A stretch of 49,220 nt of DNA from Dehalococcoidales bacterium (GTDB lineage Bacteria; Chloroflexota; Dehalococcoidia; Dehalococcoidales; DAOWJC01), in assembly GCA_034411815.1 (NCBI GenBank), contig DAOUMH010000005.1, positions 1-49,220 on the forward strand, given 5' to 3'. Below the pieces are notes generated by a model, which ran no database searches, was not told the DNA's origin, and saw only the letters and a list, made by a program, of their open reading frames with translations. Position 1 is the first letter of the stretch, and each line of letters begins with the position of its first letter. The position numbers and the translations under genes were made by a program. Shown here piece by piece: positions 17,576 through 26,559 of the stretch.

Positions 17576-18514
17576 CTACTCAAACATAGCCCCTATTGAT
17601 TGCCCGGTGTGGATACGATGGATGGCTTCACCCAGCAGCGGAGCTATAGGCAAAACAGTAATCTTGTCCAGCTTCTTCTCCTTAGCAACAGGGATGGTAT
17701 CAGTAACCACCACCTCCTTTACCGAACAAGAAGCTATCCTCTGAATAGCCTGACTGGAGAATACAGGGTGCGTAGAACAGGCATATATCCCCTTGGCCCC
17801 CTGCTTCTCCAAGGCGGAAACAACACCTACTAAAGAACCAGCCGTGTCTATCTCGTCATCCAGGATAAGGGCAACCTTACCTTCTACATCCCCGATTACA
17901 TTCAATGTCTCAGTCTGGTCGGCATTGCCTATCCGCCTCTTTTCCATAATAGCCAAGGGGGTATTAAGTTTGGCAGCCAGATCCCGCGCCCGCTTGGAAA
18001 TACCTATATCAGAGGCAACTACTACCAGACCATCAATATTCTTCTTGCCGAAGTAGTTACTCAACAGATAAAGTGCCGTCAGTTCGTCAACCGGTATGTT
18101 AAAAAAGCCCTGAATCTGCGCCGCATGTAAATCCACAGTTAGCAGCCGGTTAGCCCCAGCCACAGTCATTAAGTCAGCCACTAACCTGGCTGTTATCGGT
18201 ACCCGGGGTTGGTCCTTCTTATCAGTGCGGCCATAGCCGTAATAAGGAACTACAGCAGTAATACGGCCAGCCGATGCCCTCTTCAGAGCATCAACCATAA
18301 TCAGTAGCTCAACCAAGTTCCTATTAACCGGGGAGCATAGGGGTTGAATAACAAAAGTGTCCCGCTGGCGGACATTCTCCAGAATGCGAACAAAGATATT
18401 CTCGTTACTGAACTCAAAGACCTCACACCTACCCAGAGGTATATCCAAATATTGAGTAACTGCCTGGGCTAAGGTAGGGTGGGCATTACCAGTGAATACC
18501 TTTAATTCGTCCAT
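17576..18514 (-). CDS. prs: Ribose-phosphate pyrophosphokinase
   Basis: 312 aa with 'KVFTGNAHPTLAQAV', 'AVVPYYGYGRTDKK', 'DLHAAQIQGFF' and 'ILDDEIDTAGS'. Confidence 0.93.
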   Translation of the reverse strand: MDELKVFTGNAHPTLAQAVTQYLDIPLGRCEVFEFSNENIFVRILENVRQRDTFVIQPLCSPVNRNLVELLIMVDALKRASAGRITAVVPYYGYGRTDKKDQPRVPITARLVADLMTVAGANRLLTVDLHAAQIQGFFNIPVDELTALYLLSNYFGKKNIDGLVVVASDIGISKRARDLAAKLNTPLAIMEKRRIGNADQTETLNVIGDVEGKVALILDDEIDTAGSLVGVVSALEKQGAKGIYACSTHPVFSSQAIQRIASCSVKEVVVTDTIPVAKEKKLDKITVLPIAPLLGEAIHRIHTGQSIGAMFE

Positions 18515-18633
18515 TATAACTGTTACCTCCCTCTAAATAGAAACTCCAGCTCACCTGCAATTATATCACTACTGCTCCCCAGCCTCTTTCTCCAAGAGAA
18601 AGTATATAAAAGGAGCAAGGTTATCAAGCAATA

Positions 18634-19878
18634 TCAGACATCAATCCCAGGTACGGGGAAGCGTTGGCACAACTGGACAACCTCTTGGCTCACCTGGCTT
18701 TGAATATCCGCGTCACCAATATTAGTAATTACCTTTACCATCAGCGAAGCAACCAGCTTCATTTCCTCACTGCCAAACCCGCGTGTGGTTACTGCTGGCG
18801 TGCCCAGCCTGATGCCGCTAGTTATTACAGGCGAGCGGCGGTCAAAGGGGATAGAATTCCGATTTACAACGATGCCTGTCCTCCCCAAAGCCTCCTCGGC
18901 TGCTTTGCCGGTAACCCCGGTCTCGGTGAGATCTACCAGAACCAGGTGATTATCCGTTCCACCTGATATTAGGCGCAACCCCAGCCGCTGGAGTTCAACA
19001 GCCAGAGTAAGGGCATTATCCAGTGTTGCCCGTTGATAGTCCGTAAAGCCGGGTTGAGCTGCTTCATAGAAAGCTACCGCCTTGGCAGCAATAACATGCA
19101 TCAGGGGGCCACCTTGCATCTGGGGGAAAACAGCCGAATCTATTGCCGACGCCAAATCACCCCGGCACAAAATGAACCCACCCCTCGGACCGCGCAACGT
19201 CTTATGGGTAGTCGAGGTGATCACATCAGCATAAGGCACAGGAGTAGGGTGTAAGCCCACAGCTACCATACCGGCTATGTGAGCCATATCAGCCATAAGC
19301 CTCGCCCCTACCAAGTCAGCAACATACCGAAAACGCTCAAAATCAACAATTCGCGGGTAGGAGCTGGCTCCAACCACAATCAACCTGGGCTTGTGTTCCA
19401 AAGCAAGCTTCTCTACTTCTTGATAGTCTATTCGCTCAGTCTCCCGATTAATCCCATAGGGTATGAAATTATACGACTTACCCGAGAAACTCACACTATC
19501 ACCATGGGTAAGGTGGCCACCTTGAGCCAAGCCCATACCCATAACAGTATCACCATAGTTGAGCAAAGCATAGTAAGCCGCCATATTAGCCTGAGCCCCG
19601 CTATGCGGCTGAACATTGGCATGCTCGGCATGGAACAGTTCTTTAGCCCGCTGTATAGCTAAACCCTCCACCACATCCATATTCTCGCAGCCGCCATAGT
19701 AGCGCTGGCGAGGATAGCCTTCAGCATATTTGTTAGTCAGAAATGAACCCTGAGCCTCAAGCACTGCCCAACTGGTATAGTTCTCCGAGGCAATAAGATT
19801 TATAGTCTCCCTTTGCCGCTTCCCCTCCTTGCAAATGGCATGGTTAATCTCCGGATCAGTTTGACTTAGAAAGTTCAC
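18634..19878 (-). CDS. glyA: Serine hydroxymethyltransferase
   Basis: 414 aa with a GTG start after GGGGAGGG. 'LIASENYTS', '[14 protein letters not shown]' and the PLP site '[14 protein letters not shown]' are present. Confidence 0.95.
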   Translation of the reverse strand: MNFLSQTDPEINHAICKEGKRQRETINLIASENYTSWAVLEAQGSFLTNKYAEGYPRQRYYGGCENMDVVEGLAIQRAKELFHAEHANVQPHSGAQANMAAYYALLNYGDTVMGMGLAQGGHLTHGDSVSFSGKSYNFIPYGINRETERIDYQEVEKLALEHKPRLIVVGASSYPRIVDFERFRYVADLVGARLMADMAHIAGMVAVGLHPTPVPYADVITSTTHKTLRGPRGGFILCRGDLASAIDSAVFPQMQGGPLMHVIAAKAVAFYEAAQPGFTDYQRATLDNALTLAVELQRLGLRLISGGTDNHLVLVDLTETGVTGKAAEEALGRTGIVVNRNSIPFDRRSPVITSGIRLGTPAVTTRGFGSEEMKLVASLMVKVITNIGDADIQSQVSQEVVQLCQRFPVPGIDV

Positions 19879-19895
19879 CTTTTCCCTCCCCTTGA

Positions 19896-19924
19896 AGTCT
19901 ACAACTGTGCCTCTCTACTGTCAA
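19896..19924 (-). promoter_or_regulatory. Sigma70-like promoter for glyA
   Basis: Minus strand reads TTGACA (19919-19924), a 17-nt spacer, then TAGACT (19896-19901), upstream of the RBS and GTG at 19878. Confidence 0.5.
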
Positions 19925-19940
19925 TAATCCTCCAGGCAAA

Positions 19941-19969
19941 TTGACTTGACATATCAACAGTGCTATCAT
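19941..19969 (+). promoter_or_regulatory. Sigma70-like promoter for udg-rnj-ftsK
   Basis: TTGACT (19941-19946), a 17-nt spacer ending in TGc (extended -10), then TATCAT (19964-19969). The ATG is at 19989. Confidence 0.45.
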
Positions 19970-19988
19970 TGTTAAAAGGTTAGTTGGT

Positions 19989-20591
19989 ATGTCAGCATTG
20001 ACTGAGCTTTATGAGGAAATTGCCCTCTGCCAACAGTGTGAGATAGCTAAATATCGGAACAGAGTGGTACCTGGTGAGGGGGCAGAGGACGCGGATATAC
20101 TCTTTATCGGTGAGGCTCCAGGCTGGCACGAAGACCAACAGGGACGTCCCTTTGTCGGCCCAGCTGGACAATACCTGGACAGGTTGTTGTCCTTAATCAA
20201 TCTAAAGCGCGAACAGGTCTACATCGCTAATGTAATCAAATGCCGACCACAGGGAAACCGTGACCCACTACCTGTGGAAATACGCAATTGCCGCAAGTGG
20301 CTGGAACGCCAGATTGAGTTGATTCACCCCAAGATGATTGTAACCCTGGGACGCTATTCCATGGCAATGTTCTTCCCCGGCAAGAGCATTAGCAAAATTC
20401 ACGGCACAGCCCAGAAACGAGATGATGTCATCTACTATGCCATGTATCACCCAGCGGCGGCGCTTCACCAGCAGAGCCTGCGCCAAGCAATAGAGGCGGA
20501 TATGCTCAAGATTCCACCGCTCCTGGCTCAAACGGAAAGCGTTAAGGAAACCGAGCAGCAACCACAACAATTAAACATGTTCGAGGTCTGA
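19989..20591 (+). CDS. udg: Uracil-DNA glycosylase, family 4
   Basis: 200 aa with the Fe-S cysteines 'CQQCEI', 'LFIGEAPGWHEDQQGRPFVGPAGQ' and 'HPAAAL'. Confidence 0.85.
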   Translation: MSALTELYEEIALCQQCEIAKYRNRVVPGEGAEDADILFIGEAPGWHEDQQGRPFVGPAGQYLDRLLSLINLKREQVYIANVIKCRPQGNRDPLPVEIRNCRKWLERQIELIHPKMIVTLGRYSMAMFFPGKSISKIHGTAQKRDDVIYYAMYHPAAALHQQSLRQAIEADMLKIPPLLAQTESVKETEQQPQQLNMFEV

Positions 20592-20595
20592 GGTC

Positions 20596-22254
20596 ATGCC
20601 CAAGCAAAAGCTGAGAATAATACCCCTCGGCGGGTTAAGCGAAATCGGCAAAAATATGACGGTAATAGAGTATGAAGATGATATCATCGTCATTGATGCC
20701 GGGCTTATGTTCCCCGAGGAAGAAATGCTAGGTATCGACTTGGTAATCCCGGATATTAACTACCTGCTGGAGAAACGAGAGAAAGTAAGGGGTATTGTCA
20801 TTACTCACGGCCATGAGGACCATATTGGAGCCCTGCCCTATTTACTTCCCCAGCTTAATGTTCCGGTTTATTCAACAAAGCTTACTCAGGGGCTCATCTC
20901 GGTCAAACTTAAAGAACGAAAGGCCTTATCCGGAGCCAAGCTCAATGTCATACCTTCCAACGGTCAGTTTACCCTGGGAAAATTCAAGATAGAGTTTTTC
21001 CCTGTTTGCCACAGCATACCCGACGCGGTAGGTCTAATTATACATACCCCGATTGGCGCTATAGTCCACAGCGGCGATTTTAAGCTCGACTATACACCGG
21101 TCAGCGGTAAACCGACCGACCTATCGCGACTGGCTCAGCTAGGAGCACAAGGGGTTCTGCTCCTCCTTTCTGACTCCACCTATGCCGAACTACCAGGCTA
21201 TACTCCGTCAGAAAGGATAGTCGGTGAAACCCTAGACCACATCATGGCTGATGCCCCAGGAAGAGTGATTATAACTACCTTCTCATCACTGGTCTCCCGT
21301 TTCCAGCAGGTTATTGATGCAGCAGCTAAACACCACCGCCGCGTCTTTATTGTCGGGCACAGCATGAGTGATACCGTACGCATGGCATTGGACTTGGGCT
21401 ACCTCAATGCCCCCGATGGAATACTGGCACGGCTTGATGAACTGAAGAAAATGCCTCATGAAAAAGTTGTCTTACTGACTACAGGAAGCCAGGGAGAGCC
21501 TACCTCAGCCCTGGTTCGCATAGCTAATCGCGACCACCGCCAGGTTCACATTCTTCGCGGAGATACGATAGTCATCTCAGCCACACCTATCCCGGGCAAC
21601 GAAGGGCTAATCAACAGAACCGTGGACAATCTCTTCAAGCAGGGAGCTCAGGTCCTATATAATAAAGTGGCGCAGGTTCACGTTCATGGGCATGCCAGTC
21701 AAGAGGAACTAAAACTGCTGCTAAACCTAGTCAAGCCGAAGTTCTTTGTCCCTGTCCACGGTGAATATCGACATTTGAGTCTTCACACCAAATTAGCCCA
21801 CTCGGTGGGTGTTCCAAAAGACAACACCTTCGTCTTGGAAGATGGTGATGTCCTTGAACTTACCCCTCAGGTAGGCAAGATAACAGGCAAGATTACCTCG
21901 GGTAATGTGTATGTAGATGGTCTCAGCGTAGGCGATATCGGTAGTGTTATTATCCGCAATCGTAGGATGTTGTCGAGAGACGGGATGGTGGTAGTGATTA
22001 TCGCCGTAAATAGGCAAACCGGCAAACTGGTAGGGCGTCCTGACATCGTGTCGCGAGGCTTCGTTGACACCAGAGAGTCCAAAGATATGTTAGACGAGAG
22101 TCGCGACCTCGTAGCCCGCATCCTAGACCATAGCGGTGCTCGCCCTGCCGAGTGGAGCTTTATCAATACCAAGGTCAGGGATACCCTGAATAAATTCTAC
22201 TATGAGCAAACCAAACGCCGCCCTATGATTCTTCCATTCATGGTAAAGGTGTAG
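20596..22254 (+). CDS. rnj: Ribonuclease J
   Basis: 552 aa with 'IIPLGGLSEIGKNMTVIEY' and the metallo-beta-lactamase motif 'ITHGHEDHIGALP'. The beta-CASP region and a C-terminal domain are present. Confidence 0.9.
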   Translation: MPKQKLRIIPLGGLSEIGKNMTVIEYEDDIIVIDAGLMFPEEEMLGIDLVIPDINYLLEKREKVRGIVITHGHEDHIGALPYLLPQLNVPVYSTKLTQGLISVKLKERKALSGAKLNVIPSNGQFTLGKFKIEFFPVCHSIPDAVGLIIHTPIGAIVHSGDFKLDYTPVSGKPTDLSRLAQLGAQGVLLLLSDSTYAELPGYTPSERIVGETLDHIMADAPGRVIITTFSSLVSRFQQVIDAAAKHHRRVFIVGHSMSDTVRMALDLGYLNAPDGILARLDELKKMPHEKVVLLTTGSQGEPTSALVRIANRDHRQVHILRGDTIVISATPIPGNEGLINRTVDNLFKQGAQVLYNKVAQVHVHGHASQEELKLLLNLVKPKFFVPVHGEYRHLSLHTKLAHSVGVPKDNTFVLEDGDVLELTPQVGKITGKITSGNVYVDGLSVGDIGSVIIRNRRMLSRDGMVVVIIAVNRQTGKLVGRPDIVSRGFVDTRESKDMLDESRDLVARILDHSGARPAEWSFINTKVRDTLNKFYYEQTKRRPMILPFMVKV

Positions 22255-22286
22255 CCTGAAAACAGACAAATCCACCGGGGGACTAT

Positions 22287-24443
22287 ATGGCCAGGAAGAA
22301 AGCTAATACAAGGGGTAAATCCAAGGGGAAGGCATTCTGGAGCCGACTGTCCCGCTTTATAACATCGCCAGTAGCACGGCGGGTTATAGTTACTGTCATC
22401 ATCCTGTTACTGCTATTCTGGCAACGCTCAGCCCTGATTTCCTGGGCAAATAATACCGCCACCAGCATTTGGGGGTTGTTTGGCTGGGGGATCATCCTCA
22501 TAGCCATAGCCATTGGAGTCCTGATAGGTATACTATGGCGAGGCAAGCTACGCTCCGTTACCCGCCACTGGAACCAGTGGCTAGGCAGTATCGCCTTGGC
22601 TCTGGCCATCTGGGGGATAATCGCCCTCTTCAATCTGGGAGGCAGTTTCGGACAAAATCTCATTGGCTCACCAGTATACATCAGTGCCCTCCGAATACTG
22701 GGATTAGTACTTATAGGTGTCATCTTAGTGGCTCCCAGGGTTTGCTTCCATATCACAGCCGGTCTAATTTCCTGGATAGGCAAACAACTGGCAAGGCCAC
22801 CAGCACCAAGGCCAACCCCCCAGGAAGAGCTTCCCCCTTCTTCAATCACCGCAATTCCCAAACAACCCAGAATGGAGCCAGAAAGAGAGGTAGTAGCCCC
22901 AACCCGGGGACCCACCCCTACCCCAACCCAGCATGAGCTAAAGCAGGTAGCTCAAGAGGTCTGGAGGAAATATGGTGAATCGCCGTCAGTAATTACTGTT
23001 GACGGCTGGCGGCTGCCACCTATCGATATCCTAGACAATTCCCCTGAGGCTGAGTTCAGCCAAGCTGACAATATGCAGAGGGCAATGTTAATAGAGGAGG
23101 CCCTAGCCAGTTACGGGGTTGAGGCTAAGGTAGTACAGATAAATACTGGGCCAACAGTCACCCAGTTTGGTATTGAACCAGGCTGGGACAGGAAAATGAA
23201 GGAGATAAAGGAAAGGGATAGAGACGGCGATATCAAGATACGGCTGGAGGAGGTATCCAAGACACGGGTCAAGGTGGAGAGAATCACCTCCCTGGCTAAT
23301 GACCTGGCCCTTGCCCTAGCATCACCCAGTATCAGGATTGAAGCCCCGGTACCGGGTAAATCAGTGGTAGGTGTTGAGGTTCCCAATACAATTCTGAGTC
23401 TGGTCAGTCTACGGGGTATAATAGAGACCAGCACCTTTCAGAAAACAGAAGCCAAGTCCAAGCTGAGTATAGCCTTAGGCAAAGGTGCTGGTGGAGAGGC
23501 ATCCGCTGCTGACCTGTCTAAAATGCCACACCTACTCATTGCTGGAGCCACAGGGAGCGGTAAAACAGCCTGCCTGAACTCTATTATCTGCTGCCTGCTT
23601 CTCCATAATACACCTAATGATGCCCGGTTTATCATGATTGACCCCAAGCGAGTAGAACTGACACCGTTTAATAGCATCCCACACTTGGCCGTACCGGTCA
23701 TAGTCGACACCGCCAAGGCTCTGGAGGCTCTGCGCTGGCTCAACCAGGAAATGGACAAGCGGTATCAACAACTGGCTACAGTCAGTGCCCGCAATATTGA
23801 GAGCTACAATAAAAACAAACAGGGGGATGAGAAGCTGCCCTACTTGATACTAATCATTGATGAACTGGCTGATCTGATGATGACAGGCTTTGACGAGGTA
23901 GAGCATATTCTATGCCGATTAGCCCAGCTTGCACGGGCTACTGGCATTCACCTTATCGTGGCTACCCAGCGCCCATCAGTGGATGTGGTCACTGGATTAA
24001 TCAAGGCTAACTTCCCTACCCGCATCAGCTTTGCTGTCACCTCTCAGGTAGACTCCCGCACTATCCTCGATAGCGGTGGTGCCGAAAAGCTGCTGGGTAG
24101 AGGGGATATGCTCTACATGCCCACCGAGGCAGCCAAACCCAAGCGTCTTCAGGGGTGCTTTGTCTCTGATGCTGAGACAGAGAGGCTTGTCTATTTCTGG
24201 GGAGGGCAACGGAAGGAAGAGGTAGCCCATATAAAGATTGAGGAGCTTGTCTCAGCTCCAACTACTGCCCAGAAGGGGGAATTCCCTGAAGACCCACTCC
24301 TGCCAGCAGCCAGACAGCTGCTGGAGGAACACAAGCACGTATCTACATCATTTTTACAAAGGCGATTGCGTATCGGTTATCCCAGAGCTGCCCGCATTAT
24401 GGAGCAACTTGAGGAAGAAAGCACCAAGCAGGAAGAGGGATAA
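22287..24443 (+). CDS. ftsK: DNA translocase FtsK
   Basis: 718 aa. N-terminal TM helices and a Pro-rich linker precede the motor domain with Walker A 'AGATGSGKT' and Walker B 'LILIIDELADL'. 'VATQRPSVDV' and a C-terminal gamma (wHTH) domain 'SFLQRRLRIGYPRAARIMEQLE' follow. Confidence 0.9.
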   Translation: MARKKANTRGKSKGKAFWSRLSRFITSPVARRVIVTVIILLLLFWQRSALISWANNTATSIWGLFGWGIILIAIAIGVLIGILWRGKLRSVTRHWNQWLGSIALALAIWGIIALFNLGGSFGQNLIGSPVYISALRILGLVLIGVILVAPRVCFHITAGLISWIGKQLARPPAPRPTPQEELPPSSITAIPKQPRMEPEREVVAPTRGPTPTPTQHELKQVAQEVWRKYGESPSVITVDGWRLPPIDILDNSPEAEFSQADNMQRAMLIEEALASYGVEAKVVQINTGPTVTQFGIEPGWDRKMKEIKERDRDGDIKIRLEEVSKTRVKVERITSLANDLALALASPSIRIEAPVPGKSVVGVEVPNTILSLVSLRGIIETSTFQKTEAKSKLSIALGKGAGGEASAADLSKMPHLLIAGATGSGKTACLNSIICCLLLHNTPNDARFIMIDPKRVELTPFNSIPHLAVPVIVDTAKALEALRWLNQEMDKRYQQLATVSARNIESYNKNKQGDEKLPYLILIIDELADLMMTGFDEVEHILCRLAQLARATGIHLIVATQRPSVDVVTGLIKANFPTRISFAVTSQVDSRTILDSGGAEKLLGRGDMLYMPTEAAKPKRLQGCFVSDAETERLVYFWGGQRKEEVAHIKIEELVSAPTTAQKGEFPEDPLLPAARQLLEEHKHVSTSFLQRRLRIGYPRAARIMEQLEEESTKQEEG

Positions 24444-24457
24444 ACACTGTCATCAAC

Positions 24458-24598
24458 CTATCGACGCCTTAATCGCTTAAGTATTGCCTCTTTATATATC
24501 TTGACCAAGCTTCGCCCATGCTGGGGCACCTTCTCCCGCTTCTTTTCAAGTTTTCTCTCACGGCGTTCCTGCCTAGTCTCGGCATCATCTGTAGTCAT
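24458..24598 (-). CDS. Candidate 46-aa highly basic small protein coupled to uvrB (not in the ORF track because it is under 60 aa)
   Basis: The ATG overlaps the uvrB stop (AAAAATGA). It translates to [46 protein letters not shown] and stops at TAG 24458-24460, 14 nt from the convergent ftsK stop. Support is ORF and coupling geometry only. Confidence 0.3.
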   Translation of the reverse strand: MTTDDAETRQERRERKLEKKREKVPQHGRSLVKIYKEAILKRLRRR

Positions 24599-26556
24599 TT
24601 TTTCCTCAACTCAACAATGCGGTCGCGGATTAAGGCCGCCTTCTCAAACTCAAGGTTTCTGGCAGCGGTTTTCATCTGGGATTCCAACTCCTTAATCAGG
24701 CAAGCTATATCCTCTTTAGCAACAGGGGCAGCAGTATAGGGAGTGTGGGTTTCAGCTACAGCCTGCACCCGCTCGGTGATGTCCTTTATCGCTTTCCTTA
24801 TCCCCTGGGGGGTAATATGATGCTCACGATTATAGGCTTCCTGAATCCGGCGGCGGCGCTGTGTTTCCTTGATAGCCGCCTGCATGGAACCAGTCGCAGT
24901 ATCGGCATACATAATGACATGACCGTCTATGTGGCGGGAGGCACGCCCCATGGTCTGAATCAGAGCCCCCTCCGACCTCAGATAGCCCTCTTTATCGGCA
25001 TCCAGGATAGATACTAGGCTAACCTCAGGCAAGTCAAGCCCCTCACGAAGCAGGTTTATACCAACAACCACATCATAGACACCAAGACGAAGGTCACGCA
25101 ATATCTCCACCCTCTCCAGCGTATCAATCTCAGAGTGAAGGTAGTGGGTCTTGAGCCCCATCTCGATTAGATAGTCAGCAAGCTCTTCCGCCATCCTCTT
25201 AGTTAGCGTGGTCACCAGGCAACGCTCACCCTTATCAACCCTGGTCTTAATCTGGTCAAGCAGATCATCAATCTGCCCTTGGGTAGGTTTAACCTCAACA
25301 GTAGGCTCAAGTAGACCGGTAGGTCGGACTAGCTGCTCTACCACCTGCTGGCTATGCTTATACTCGTAATCTGCCGGCGTAGCCGAGGTATAGATAACCT
25401 GATTGACATGCTGCTCAAACTCGGTGAAATTCAGCGGGCGATTATCCAGGGCCGAGGGCAAACGAAAGCCATATTCTACCAGCGTTTCCTTACGAGAACG
25501 GTCACCGCGATACATACCCCGAATCTGGGGCAAGGTCATATGCGATTCATCAATAAACAGCAAAAAATCGTCAGGGAAGTAATCCAGCAGCGTCCATGGT
25601 GGGCTGCCCGGGGGACGTTGTGAGAGGTGGCGAGAGTAATTCTCCACCCCGGTGCAGTATCCGGCTTCCTCAAGCATCTCCAAATCATAATTGGTGCGTG
25701 CCTCCAGCCTAGACGCCTCCAGCACCTTACCCTGTTGCTTCAGTTCACCCAGCCTAGCCTCCAACTCCCGTCTTATCCCCTCAACAGCCAGCATCAGCTT
25801 ACCATGCGAGGTAACAAAATGCTTGGCCGGATAAACATCTACCGAGTCCAGTGCGGCTAGCAGTTCACCTGTCAGTGGGTCTATCTCAACAATGCGTTCA
25901 ATATCATCGCCAAAGAACTCAACCCGCAGTGCTACCTCCTCATAAGCCGGCTGTATTTCCAGGGTATCGCCACGGATACGGAACTTGCCACGGGTGAAAT
26001 CAATATCATTGCGCTCGTATTGCATATCTACCAGCCGGTGAAGAAGCCTATCCCGCTGGTAGCTACCGCCCCGCTTCAGGCTACAGACAAAGCTACGGTA
26101 TTCCTCAGGTTCACCCAGCCCGTAGATACAAGACACCGAGGCGACGATAAGCACATCGCGGCGCTCAAAAAGAGCACGGGTCGCCGCATGGCGCAACTTG
26201 TCTATCTCCTCATTTATATCGGTTTCCTTCTCAATATAGGTATCAGTGCGTGGAATATACGCCTCGGGCTGATAATAGTCATAATAGCTAACAAAATACC
26301 CTACGGCGTTGTTGGGAAAGAACTCTCTGAACTCGCTACAGAGTTGGGCAGCCAGTGTCTTGTTATGGCAGATGACCAGAGTGGGACGCTGCATCCGCTC
26401 AACAACATTGGCCATGGTGAAGGTCTTGCCACTGCCGGTAACCCCCAGTAACGTCTGGTGCTTAAAACCACGGCTCAAACCATCCACCAACTTATCTACT
26501 GCTTGAGGTTGGTCACCGGTCATCCTAAAATCGGAAACTATCTCAAACGGCGGCAT
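24595..26556 (-). CDS. uvrB: Excinuclease ABC subunit B
   Basis: 653 aa with '[10 protein letters not shown]', Walker A '[10 protein letters not shown]', '[11 protein letters not shown]' and the C-terminal UVR domain '[17 protein letters not shown]'. Confidence 0.95.
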   Translation of the reverse strand: MPPFEIVSDFRMTGDQPQAVDKLVDGLSRGFKHQTLLGVTGSGKTFTMANVVERMQRPTLVICHNKTLAAQLCSEFREFFPNNAVGYFVSYYDYYQPEAYIPRTDTYIEKETDINEEIDKLRHAATRALFERRDVLIVASVSCIYGLGEPEEYRSFVCSLKRGGSYQRDRLLHRLVDMQYERNDIDFTRGKFRIRGDTLEIQPAYEEVALRVEFFGDDIERIVEIDPLTGELLAALDSVDVYPAKHFVTSHGKLMLAVEGIRRELEARLGELKQQGKVLEASRLEARTNYDLEMLEEAGYCTGVENYSRHLSQRPPGSPPWTLLDYFPDDFLLFIDESHMTLPQIRGMYRGDRSRKETLVEYGFRLPSALDNRPLNFTEFEQHVNQVIYTSATPADYEYKHSQQVVEQLVRPTGLLEPTVEVKPTQGQIDDLLDQIKTRVDKGERCLVTTLTKRMAEELADYLIEMGLKTHYLHSEIDTLERVEILRDLRLGVYDVVVGINLLREGLDLPEVSLVSILDADKEGYLRSEGALIQTMGRASRHIDGHVIMYADTATGSMQAAIKETQRRRRIQEAYNREHHITPQGIRKAIKDITERVQAVAETHTPYTAAPVAKEDIACLIKELESQMKTAARNLEFEKAALIRDRIVELRKK

Positions 26557-26559
26557 AGT

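Noticed and set aside
18588-18604. CTTTCTC-caa-GAGAAAG hairpin as the glyA terminator
   Set aside because: It has a 7-bp stem, but no U-tract follows on the minus strand. It lies inside the probable prs promoter region (extended -10 TGaTATAAT at 18560-18568). That is not enough to call a terminator.
22283-22915. 210-aa minus-strand ORF and 155-aa plus-strand ORF over the ftsK 5' region
   Set aside because: They overlap the N-terminal membrane and linker region of a well-supported FtsK. Their Pro/Gly/Arg-rich composition is low-complexity, typical of off-frame reads of GC-rich coding sequence.
24501-24739. 64-aa and 73-aa plus-strand ORFs in the ftsK/uvrB convergent region
   Set aside because: They overlap the uvrB 3' end antisense and have no RBS. 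The minus-strand 46-aa ORF coupled to uvrB explains the open sequence better.
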